Part shown: in pieces, positions 8,333 to 15,122 of the stretch | Layout: every line of letters begins with the position of its first letter | Position numbering within the stretch: the stretch's first letter is position 1 | Origin: Rhizobiales bacterium Ga0077548 | GTDB taxonomy: Bacteria > Pseudomonadota > Alphaproteobacteria > Rhizobiales > Xanthobacteraceae | Length of the DNA stretch: 64,000 bases | Assembly: GCA_001464215.1 (NCBI GenBank) | Contig: LNEZ01000024.1 | Coordinates: forward strand, 6,136 to 70,135 | Direction of reading: 5' to 3' | The notes under the pieces: model-generated | What the model saw: only the letters and a program-made list of their open reading frames with translations | The model's database searches: none | Told to the model about the DNA's origin: nothing | Made by a program: the position numbers and the translations under genes

Positions 8333-8746
8333 TTACTCGTCCCGATAAACTTTTTCGCGGCGCTCGTGACGTTCCTGCGCTTCGATGGAAAGTGTTGCGA
8401 TCGGACGCGCTTCCAAGCGTTTCAGCGAAATCGGATCGCCAGTCTCGACGCAGAAGCCATAGGACCCGTCTTCGATCCGCTCGAGCGCGGCGTCGATCTT
8501 CGCGATCAATTTCCGTTGACGATCGCGCGCACGCAGCTCGATCGCGCGGTCGGTCTCCGAAGAAGCGCGGTCAGCGAGATCGGGGTGATTGACGTTCTCT
8601 TCCTGCAAATGCTGCAGCGTCTGCTTCGCTTCGCGCAGGATGTCGTCCCGCCAGCGCAGAAGCTTCAGACGAAAGTATTCCTTCTGCCGCTCGCTCATGA
8701 ACGGCTCGTCTTCGGTCGGACGGTAGTTGTCGAGCAACGCAACCAT
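8333..8746 (-). CDS. dksA: RNA polymerase-binding transcription factor DksA (Cys4 zinc finger largely lost)
   Basis: 137-aa ORF with the coiled-coil tip motif DLADRAS (DxxDxA) and C-terminal GSYGFCVETGDPISLKRLEARPIATLSIEAQ. Only one of the four canonical Zn-finger Cys residues is retained. Confidence 0.9.
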   Translation of the reverse strand: MVALLDNYRPTEDEPFMSERQKEYFRLKLLRWRDDILREAKQTLQHLQEENVNHPDLADRASSETDRAIELRARDRQRKLIAKIDAALERIEDGSYGFCVETGDPISLKRLEARPIATLSIEAQERHERREKVYRDE

Positions 8747-8918
8747 GCATCGATCCCCTTACGCATATTCCCTGGCAGCACCGGCGAGGCTTATTCCTGC
8801 CCCGTCCGAATTGGGCCGGGCTTATAGCGATGTACCCCGCCCCCATCAATGGGTGGGCCGAAGAGCGGATAAGTCCGGAACGTGACGCGGAAATTACGGG
8901 GCACAGGCTCCGCCACAA

Positions 8919-9338
8919 TTAGGCGGCTTTGGGCGTCCGTTTTGCGAGTTCTACGGCGACCCGAAGCTCGATTTCGCCCAAAACCTCGTCAAGTCCGGGC
9001 GTTCCGCTCTTTTCCGTGAGTTCTGCAAGCTTGCCTTGCAGGCGGTTCAAGGTATCGCGCCGGAGATCGGCGGCCAGAAGTTCCGCCTTCAGTTCATCGA
9101 GCAGATCGAGCGCCGACTTGCCCCTGCGGGCGAAGCGCTTGCGCCGTTCGCCGGCATCCTCGACCCCTTGAAGCGCGAGCAACGAATCGAGCCCGCTGAC
9201 CCCGGCCGCCGCCGCCGTCCCTTGCGACTTTGCGGTGCCGGTAGAGCTGTCGAGCGTGAAGCTCCCTGCCGGGCCAGCTTTCCTCGGCGCCGACGTGGCT
9301 GCGGTGCCGTTGGTCTGGTTCGGAGCATAAATGCGCAT
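8919..9338 (-). CDS. fliX: flagellar assembly regulator FliX
   Basis: 139-aa ORF with an N-terminal low-complexity region followed by VSGLDSLLALQGVEDAGERRKRFARRGKSALDLLDELKAELL, which is FliX-like. It is divergent from flgI, as in Caulobacter. Confidence 0.75.
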   Translation of the reverse strand: MRIYAPNQTNGTAATSAPRKAGPAGSFTLDSSTGTAKSQGTAAAAGVSGLDSLLALQGVEDAGERRKRFARRGKSALDLLDELKAELLAADLRRDTLNRLQGKLAELTEKSGTPGLDEVLGEIELRVAVELAKRTPKAA

Positions 9339-9362
9339 AAGCGCAAAACTCGGGCCGATATG

Positions 9363-9378
9363 GTTAACGTCCGGTTAA
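9363..9378 (-). promoter_or_regulatory. CtrA-box motif TTAA-N7-TTAAC (perfect on minus strand) next to fliX
   Basis: The minus strand reads TTAAccggacgTTAAC. It overlaps the conserved 18-mer 9352-9369 (gggccgAtatggttaacg), which matches 2548-2565 at 17/18 positions. Confidence 0.45.
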
Positions 9379-9383
9379 GCACC

Positions 9384-9398
9384 CGGCAGTTCTTGCCG
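9384..9398. promoter_or_regulatory. dyad CGGCAG-TTC-TTGCCG, candidate enhancer/operator (FlbD/ftr-like) in the fliX/flgI divergent region
   Basis: Differs by one base from the dyad at 2578-2592. It lies about 100 bp upstream of the flgI -24/-12 promoter, with IHF-like gATCAAccgcTTA at 9465-9477 in between. Confidence 0.5.
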
Positions 9399-9492
9399 CC
9401 CGGGCCGGATTTCTTTGCCGCTCAGAATTTACGGCGCGCTTCGACGATTCAAAAAATCGAGTCGGATCAACCGCTTAAGAAAAATGCGGCGG

Positions 9493-9508
9493 TGGCACGC
9501 GCTTCGCA
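9493..9508 (+). promoter_or_regulatory. sigma54-type -24/-12 promoter for flgI operon
   Basis: TGGCACGCGCTTCGCA has GG and GC 12 nt apart. It lies 48 nt upstream of the flgI ATG. Confidence 0.6.
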
Positions 9509-9555
9509 AAGGCTTGTCCAGAGTTTCACCATCGACCCGCTGGGGAGCCCTGTCG

Positions 9556-10662
9556 ATGACTAAGACGATCCGTTTCCTGTTCGGCGCCTTGCTCGCGATA
9601 GTGATCGCGGGTGAAGCATCCGCGGCTTCGCGCCTCAAGGATCTCATCGACGTCGAAGGCGTCCGCGAGAACCAGTTGATCGGCTACGGCCTCGTGGTAG
9701 GCCTGAACAACACCGGCGACAGCCTCAACAACTCGCCATTCACGAGACAGAGCTTGCAGGCGATGCTCGAGCGCCTCGGCGTCAATATTCGCGGCGCGCA
9801 GCTTCGCACCGGCAATGTTGCGGCCGTCATGGTGACCGCCAATCTTCGCGCCTTCTCCACGCAAGGCACGCGGCTCGATGTCGTGGTTTCCGCGCTCGGC
9901 GACGCGAAGAGTCTTCAGGGCGGAACGTTGCTCGTGACGCCGCTCTTGGGCGCGGACGGCAATGTTTACGCGGTCGCGCAAGGCACCGTCGCAGTCGCTG
10001 GCTTCCAGGCGGAAGGCGATGCTGCAAAAATTATCCGCGGCGTTCCCACCGTCGGCCGCATTTCGAACGGCGCGCTGGTCGAACGCGAGATCGATTTTGC
10101 CCTCAACCGCATGACCTCGGTGCGGCTCTCGCTGCGTAATCCCGATCTGACGACGGCAAAGCGCATCGCCGGCGCAATCAACGATTTCATGGGCGCACCG
10201 GCGGCCGAGTTGGTCGACCGCGCGACTGTCACCCTCACCGTACCGCCGAAATACAAGGGCAATCTCGTGTCCTTGCTCACCGAAATCGAACCGATCGTGG
10301 TCGAACCCGACCAGTCGGCCAAAGTCGTGATCGACGAGCGATCCGGCATCATCGTCATGGGGAGAGACGTGCGCGTTTCGACGGTCGCGGTCGCGCAGGG
10401 AAATCTCACCGTCACGATCACCGAACAACCGCAGGTAAGTCAGCCCAATCCTTTCACCAAAGGGCGGACGCAGGTCGTCCCGCGCACCAACATTCAGGTG
10501 CAGGAAGACGGCCGGAAATTCGGTCTCGTCAACGAAGGCATTTCGCTCAAAGAACTTGTCGACGGCCTGAACGCACTCGGCGTCGGCCCCCGCGACCTGA
10601 TTTCGATCCTGCAAGCCATCAAGGCTTCCGGCGCGATCCAGGCAGAAATCGAGGTGATGTAA
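9556..10662 (+). CDS. flgI: flagellar P-ring protein FlgI
   Basis: Frame of ORF 9415-10662. ATG 9556 gives a signal peptide (MTKTIRFLFGALLAIVIAGEASAA) followed by SRLKDLIDVEGVRENQLIGYGLVVGLNNTGD, typical of the FlgI N-terminus. Confidence 0.9.
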   Translation: MTKTIRFLFGALLAIVIAGEASAASRLKDLIDVEGVRENQLIGYGLVVGLNNTGDSLNNSPFTRQSLQAMLERLGVNIRGAQLRTGNVAAVMVTANLRAFSTQGTRLDVVVSALGDAKSLQGGTLLVTPLLGADGNVYAVAQGTVAVAGFQAEGDAAKIIRGVPTVGRISNGALVEREIDFALNRMTSVRLSLRNPDLTTAKRIAGAINDFMGAPAAELVDRATVTLTVPPKYKGNLVSLLTEIEPIVVEPDQSAKVVIDERSGIIVMGRDVRVSTVAVAQGNLTVTITEQPQVSQPNPFTKGRTQVVPRTNIQVQEDGRKFGLVNEGISLKELVDGLNALGVGPRDLISILQAIKASGAIQAEIEVM

Positions 10663-10991
10663 TGGCTGTTCCCGCAATCGCAGCGCTTGCCGCTGCCGCA
10701 AGCCCCGCAGTCGAACAAACCGCCAAGGCGCTTTCGCCTGCGGCGCTGAAGAAGATCAAGGACGCGGCGCAGCAGTTCGAAAGCGTTTTCTTAACCAACA
10801 TATTCGAAGAAATGTTTGCCGGCGTCCAGGAGAAGGAAGGCCCGCTCGGTGCCGGAGAAGGTCAGGGTCAGAGCACCTGGCGCTCGATGCTGACAGAAGA
10901 ATACGCGAACACGATCGCCAAAAACGGCGGTGTCGGTGTCGCCGATCACGTCCAACGCGAACTTATAGCCCTGCAGGAGCGTAGCCGATGA
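10662..10991 (+). CDS. flgJ: rod-binding protein (FlgJ N-terminal domain only / CheL-like)
   Basis: 109-aa ORF with a rod-binding motif region (AAQQFESVFLTNIFEEMF ... YANTIAKNGGVGVADHVQREL). There is no muramidase domain. The start overlaps the flgI stop. Confidence 0.75.
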   Translation: MAVPAIAALAAAASPAVEQTAKALSPAALKKIKDAAQQFESVFLTNIFEEMFAGVQEKEGPLGAGEGQGQSTWRSMLTEEYANTIAKNGGVGVADHVQRELIALQERSR

Positions 10992-11461
10992 ACAACGAAG
11001 TGAAACGGATTTCCCAGGCGATTAAGAGCCGCGACGAAGCTGAAATGTTGCTGCGCCGTATCGGCGATTCCATGGTCAGGCTGGTCCAGATCTTCGAGAA
11101 AGAAACCAAGCTCGTGGAAGCCGGTCAGATCTCCGGCGCCGCGCAGTTGACGCAAGAGAAGACCGATCTCGCCGCGATGTATCTGCGCGAGATCGAACTT
11201 CTCAAGTGCAATGCAGGCTTTGTCGGCCAGACCGTGCCGGTGCTGGTGGATGAACTCCGCCGCGCCCATCAGACCTTCCGTGAGATTCTCAGCCACAACC
11301 TCCGCGTGGTGGCTACCGCACAGTCGGTTGCAGAAGGCATCATGCGCGGTGCCTCCGAAGAGGCCGCCCGCAAGGCAGCCCCGCAGGGCTATGGCGCGAC
11401 CGGCAGCGTCGCGGCTCCGGCCAAGAGCGGCCGCCCGGTAATGGTAAGCCGCGCCAGCTGA
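10988..11461 (+). CDS. FlbY/FlgN-like flagellar protein
   Basis: 157-aa helical ORF coupled (ATGA) to the rod-binding gene. Its position matches flbY in the Caulobacter flgI-cheL-flbY operon. Assigned by synteny rather than a recognised motif. Confidence 0.5.
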   Translation: MNNEVKRISQAIKSRDEAEMLLRRIGDSMVRLVQIFEKETKLVEAGQISGAAQLTQEKTDLAAMYLREIELLKCNAGFVGQTVPVLVDELRRAHQTFREILSHNLRVVATAQSVAEGIMRGASEEAARKAAPQGYGATGSVAAPAKSGRPVMVSRAS

Positions 11462-11497
11462 GTCACTGATTCTCTCCGCAGCCTTTCCGACATAGCA

Positions 11498-11532
11498 AAA
11501 CGCCGGTCCCCTGAGGCCGGCGTTTACTTTTT
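11498..11532 (+). terminator. rho-independent terminator after the flgI operon
   Basis: AAACGCCGGtcccctgaggCCGGCGTTT followed by tactttttaa. Confidence 0.7.
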
Positions 11533-11546
11533 AACCATCTGTTAAC
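11531..11546 (+). promoter_or_regulatory. CtrA-box motif TTAA-N7-TTAAC upstream of flagellin 1
   Basis: TTAAccatctgTTAAC is a perfect match, 138 nt upstream of the flagellin ATG. Confidence 0.45.
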
Positions 11547-11683
11547 CAAGGAATCCCTTGTCTGCTGCGAATTCCGGTTCCGTTGGTAACGCATTGTTAG
11601 CCACGTTTGTTTACAACCGGAGTCAAATCAGCGGGTGCCCTTAGCAGGCGCCAATCGAAAATTGTGAAGAAGGACACGTAGTC

Positions 11684-12826
11684 ATGGCGAACGATGTAAC
11701 TCTCTCAAAGGGCGTCCGCTCGAATCTGCTGTCGCTTCAGCAGACCGCAGAAATGATGAGCAAGGTGCAGGAGCGCCTTTCGACCGGCAAAAAGGTCAAT
11801 TCCGCGCTCGACAATCCGGTGAACTTCTTCACGGCTGCCGGTTTGAACGCTCGCGCTGGCGATCTCGGTACCCTGCTCGATTCCATCGGCAACGGCGTGC
11901 AGACTCTTGCCGCCGCCGACAAGGGCATCACTGCAATCACGAGCCTCGTGGAAAGTGCCAAATCGACCGTCAAACAGGCGCTGATCGCAGGCTCCAACGT
12001 AACTTATGCCGATACTATCACCGGCGGCCCGCTCGCGAACGACGCCGCGGTGGCGGCCCTCACCGGCAACCTGACGATTCAGGTCGGCTCCGGCACGGTC
12101 CATACGGTGGACTTGGCCGCTGAGACCACTCTCGCCAGTCTTACTGCCACCCTCGGTGCACTGAACTTGGGCGCAGGCATCACGGCGACCCTGGGTGTCG
12201 GCAACGCAATCACGATCACCTCCACCAGTTCGGAGAATATCACGATCGGCGGCACCGGCCTGGCCGGCGTCGGCCTGACCGCGGGCGTCAACACTCCGAC
12301 CCCCACCGTCGTCACGGTGAACTCGACCAGAGCCTCGCTGCAGGGCGATTTTAACGAGCTGCTGAACCAGATTACGCAACTGGCCCGCGACGCTTCGTTT
12401 AATGGCGTCAACTTGCTGAATAACGACGACCTCACGGTCACTTTCAACGAAGATGGATCCAGCTCGCTCGTCATCAATGGCGTGGACTTCACCGCCCTGG
12501 GTCTTGGCCTGACCGCGGTCACGGGCGATGGCTTCCAGGTGCAAGCCAACGTCCAGACGACCCTTGCCCAGCTTGACGCCGCTACCGCGACACTCCGCGC
12601 GCAGGCATCGGCGTTCGGCTCGAACCTTTCGATCGTCCAGGCGCGTCAGGACTTCACCAAGAACCTGATCAATGTCCTCGAGATCGGAGCCGACAACCTG
12701 GTCCTCGCCGACACCAACGAAGAAGGTGCGAACCTGCTCGCGCTCCAGACCCGCCAGTCGCTGTCCACGACTGCCCTGTCGATGGCAGCCCAGGCAGACC
12801 AGAACGTGCTGCGTCTCTTCCAGTAA
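11684..12826 (+). CDS. flagellin (copy 1)
   Basis: 380-aa ORF with the flagellin N-terminal domain (LSKGVRSNLLSLQQTAEMMSKVQERLSTGKKVNSALDNPVNFFTA) and C-terminal domain (LADTNEEGANLLALQTRQSLSTTALSMAAQADQNVLRLFQ). Confidence 0.95.
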   Translation: MANDVTLSKGVRSNLLSLQQTAEMMSKVQERLSTGKKVNSALDNPVNFFTAAGLNARAGDLGTLLDSIGNGVQTLAAADKGITAITSLVESAKSTVKQALIAGSNVTYADTITGGPLANDAAVAALTGNLTIQVGSGTVHTVDLAAETTLASLTATLGALNLGAGITATLGVGNAITITSTSSENITIGGTGLAGVGLTAGVNTPTPTVVTVNSTRASLQGDFNELLNQITQLARDASFNGVNLLNNDDLTVTFNEDGSSSLVINGVDFTALGLGLTAVTGDGFQVQANVQTTLAQLDAATATLRAQASAFGSNLSIVQARQDFTKNLINVLEIGADNLVLADTNEEGANLLALQTRQSLSTTALSMAAQADQNVLRLFQ

Positions 12827-12851
12827 CGCATCCCTCCTAGGGGAAGTTTTT

Positions 12852-12886
12852 AGCGGCGGGGCCTCGGCTCCGCCGCTTCGCTTTTC
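12852..12886 (+). terminator. rho-independent terminator after flagellin 1
   Basis: AGCGGCGGggcctcggctCCGCCGCT followed by tcgcttttc. Confidence 0.65.
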
Positions 12887-12917
12887 GGCGTCCGCTTCTT
12901 CGGCAGCACGCGCTTTC

Positions 12918-12933
12918 TTAACCCAGCATTAAG
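12918..12933 (+). promoter_or_regulatory. CtrA-box-like motif TTAA-N7-TTAAG upstream of flagellin 2
   Basis: TTAAcccagcaTTAAg lies 115 nt upstream of the flagellin 2 ATG. Confidence 0.4.
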
Positions 12934-13047
12934 GAAACGGACCGCGCAGCGGCAGTAACCCGCCGTTAGGAACGCGCGTGGGACAAACTCGCCCCGGCCA
13001 CCAGAATGGCGGCCGCAGTAACGTGTAACTCCTAGGAAGGATTAGCT

Positions 13048-14187
13048 ATGGCTGTAACTCTCTCGGCTGGCGTTCGCGCCAACCTGCTCTCGCTGCAGAG
13101 CACTGCGGACATGATGAACTCGGTCCAGCAGAAACTTTCGACCGGTAAGAAGGTCAACTCCGCTGTCGACAATCCGGTGAACTTCTTCACCGCTGCTGGA
13201 CTTCAGTCCCGCGCCGGCGATCTGTCCACCTTGCTCGACAGCGTCAGCAACGCGGTGCAGACGATTGCCGCTGCCGACAAGGGCATCTCGGCGATCACGA
13301 AGCTGATCGAATCCGCGAAGTCGACTGCCAAGCAGGCGCAGACTGCGGCTGAAGGCACGATCACCTATGCGGCGACCATCACGGGCGGCGCGCTCGCGAA
13401 CGACGCCGCCGTCGCCGCACTCACCGGCAACCTGACGATCCAGGTCGGCTCAGGCGCCGTCGTCACGGTCGACACGGGTGCCGAAACCACGCTTGCCGGC
13501 CTTACGGCTACCCTTGGAGCCCTGAACCTCGGTACCGGCATCACGGCGACCCTCGGCGTCGGCAACGCGCTCACGATCACTTCCACCAGCTCGGAAACGA
13601 TCACGATCGGCGGTACCGGCCTGGCCGGCCTCGGCCTGACTGCCGGCACCACTACGCCGACCGCTACTGTCGTCACTCCGTCGGCAACGCGTACTTCGTT
13701 GCAGGCCGACTACAACACCCTCCTGACGCAGATCACGCAGCTCGCCGCTGACGCTTCTTTCAACGGCGTGAACCTGTTGAACGGCGACAGCCTCAACGTT
13801 GTTTTCAACGAAGACGGCACCAGCTCGCTCAACATCGCTGGTGTGACCTACTCGGCAACGGGCCTCGGCCTGACCGCGCAGTCGGGTAACGGCTTCCAGG
13901 TCACCGCGAACATCACCGCGGCGATCACTGCGCTTGACACGGCGACGGCATCGCTCCGCACGCAGGCTTCTGCGTTCGGTTCGAAGCTCTCGATCGTCCA
14001 GGCCCGTCAGGACTTCACCAAGAACCTGATCAACGTTCTTCAGGTTGGTGCGGATAACCTCACGCTGGCCGACACGAACGAAGAAGGTGCGAACCTTCTC
14101 GCCCTGCAGACCCGTCAGTCGCTGTCCACGACCTCGCTGTCGATGGCGGCCCAGGCGGACCAGAACGTGCTTCGCCTCTTCGGCTAA
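13048..14187 (+). CDS. flagellin (copy 2)
   Basis: 379-aa ORF, a paralog of 11684-12826 that is colinear over its whole length, including the central domain (identical runs such as ANDAAVAALTGNLTIQVGSG). Confidence 0.95.
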   Translation: MAVTLSAGVRANLLSLQSTADMMNSVQQKLSTGKKVNSAVDNPVNFFTAAGLQSRAGDLSTLLDSVSNAVQTIAAADKGISAITKLIESAKSTAKQAQTAAEGTITYAATITGGALANDAAVAALTGNLTIQVGSGAVVTVDTGAETTLAGLTATLGALNLGTGITATLGVGNALTITSTSSETITIGGTGLAGLGLTAGTTTPTATVVTPSATRTSLQADYNTLLTQITQLAADASFNGVNLLNGDSLNVVFNEDGTSSLNIAGVTYSATGLGLTAQSGNGFQVTANITAAITALDTATASLRTQASAFGSKLSIVQARQDFTKNLINVLQVGADNLTLADTNEEGANLLALQTRQSLSTTSLSMAAQADQNVLRLFG

Positions 14188-14291
14188 GCCTTTCTGCAAG
14201 AAAACTAAAGAAACGGCGGGGCTTTTGACCCCGCCAAGTTTCCCGCACCGTTCGCCGGTATAAGGGTGCGGTCGATTCGAGGGGAAAAACG

Positions 14292-14675
14292 ATGGGCCTC
14301 AAAGTCGAATTAAGGCCGGGCGAGCGAATCATTATCGGGGACTCGATCGTCACTAATGACGATCAACGTACCCGCCTGATTATCGAGGGCGATGCCCCGA
14401 TCCTTCGCGAGAAGGACATCATGACGTCCGACCTTGCCGACACGCCCTGCAAGAGGATTTATATGGTCGTGCAGCTCATGTACCTGAGCCGCGACCCCGC
14501 GGTGCACCACGACCTTTATTTTAATCTGATGAAACAGACGCTTGAGGCCGCTCCGAGCACCAAGCCGTACTTCGACCGGATCAATAATCAGATATTAACC
14601 GGAAATGTTTATAAAGCGCTCAAGGAAACCCAATCCCTGATTGAATACGAGAAGGATTTGCTCGCGAATGTCTAA
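14292..14675 (+). CDS. flbT: flagellar biosynthesis repressor FlbT
   Basis: 127-aa ORF with the N-terminus MGLKVELRPGERIIIGDSIVTNDDQRTRLIIEGDAPILREKDIM, typical of FlbT. RBS GAGGGG. Confidence 0.8.
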   Translation: MGLKVELRPGERIIIGDSIVTNDDQRTRLIIEGDAPILREKDIMTSDLADTPCKRIYMVVQLMYLSRDPAVHHDLYFNLMKQTLEAAPSTKPYFDRINNQILTGNVYKALKETQSLIEYEKDLLANV

Positions 14676-15051
14676 CAACGCGACCAAGACATATGCCAAG
14701 AACGTTCAGCAGACCGGCAGCCCGCGGGAGCTAGAAGCACAGCTTTTGATGCGCGCCGCCGCCAGACTTCAAGCCGTCAACGACGGCGCGGTCGTTGCGA
14801 GCGAAGAAGTCGTCTCCGCAATCCGTTATAACCGCCGCCTCTGGATCTTGTTCGGCGGCTCTGCGTGCCGTCCGGAAAATCCGCTTCCGCAACCGATCAA
14901 GCAGAACCTCGCCAATCTCACGAATTTCGTGGTGAAGCATTCGTTGAGCCTCGAGACTTCGACGGAAGTTGCAGTCTCCCGTGTCGGCGTTCTAATCAAC
15001 ATCAACCGCGAGATCGCGGCAGGCCTTCGCACGCAGGCGCAAGCCGCCTAA
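14668..15051 (+). CDS. flaF: flagellar biosynthesis regulator FlaF
   Basis: Frame of ORF 14641-15051, with ATG 14668 overlapping the flbT stop by 8 nt. SPRELEAQLLMRAAARL ... YNRRLWILF ... NPLPQPIKQNLANLTNFV is FlaF-like. Confidence 0.8.
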   Translation: MSNNATKTYAKNVQQTGSPRELEAQLLMRAAARLQAVNDGAVVASEEVVSAIRYNRRLWILFGGSACRPENPLPQPIKQNLANLTNFVVKHSLSLETSTEVAVSRVGVLININREIAAGLRTQAQAA

Positions 15052-15073
15052 ATATTCCGGAAATCAGAAATAG

Positions 15074-15110
15074 AAAACGCCGCGACGGGAAACCGCCGCG
15101 GCGTTTTGTT
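15074..15110. terminator. bidirectional rho-independent terminator between flaF and flgL
   Basis: aaaaCGCCGCGacgggaaaccgCGCGGCGtttt with a flanking A-run and T-run. Confidence 0.7.
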
Positions 15111-15122
15111 GTTCCGGACTTG

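Noticed and set aside
9526-10701. 391-aa minus-strand ORF opposite flgI
   Set aside because: Antisense to flgI. Rich in Arg, Asp and His, with no motifs.
11560-11683. Possible sigma54 promoters upstream of the flagellin genes (TGGTAACGCATTGTT; GGGTGCCCTTAGCA)
   Set aside because: The GG-to-GC spacing is off by one, or the -12 GC is missing. These do not match TGGCAC-N5-TTGC, unlike the three clear cases at flgF, flgI and flgE.
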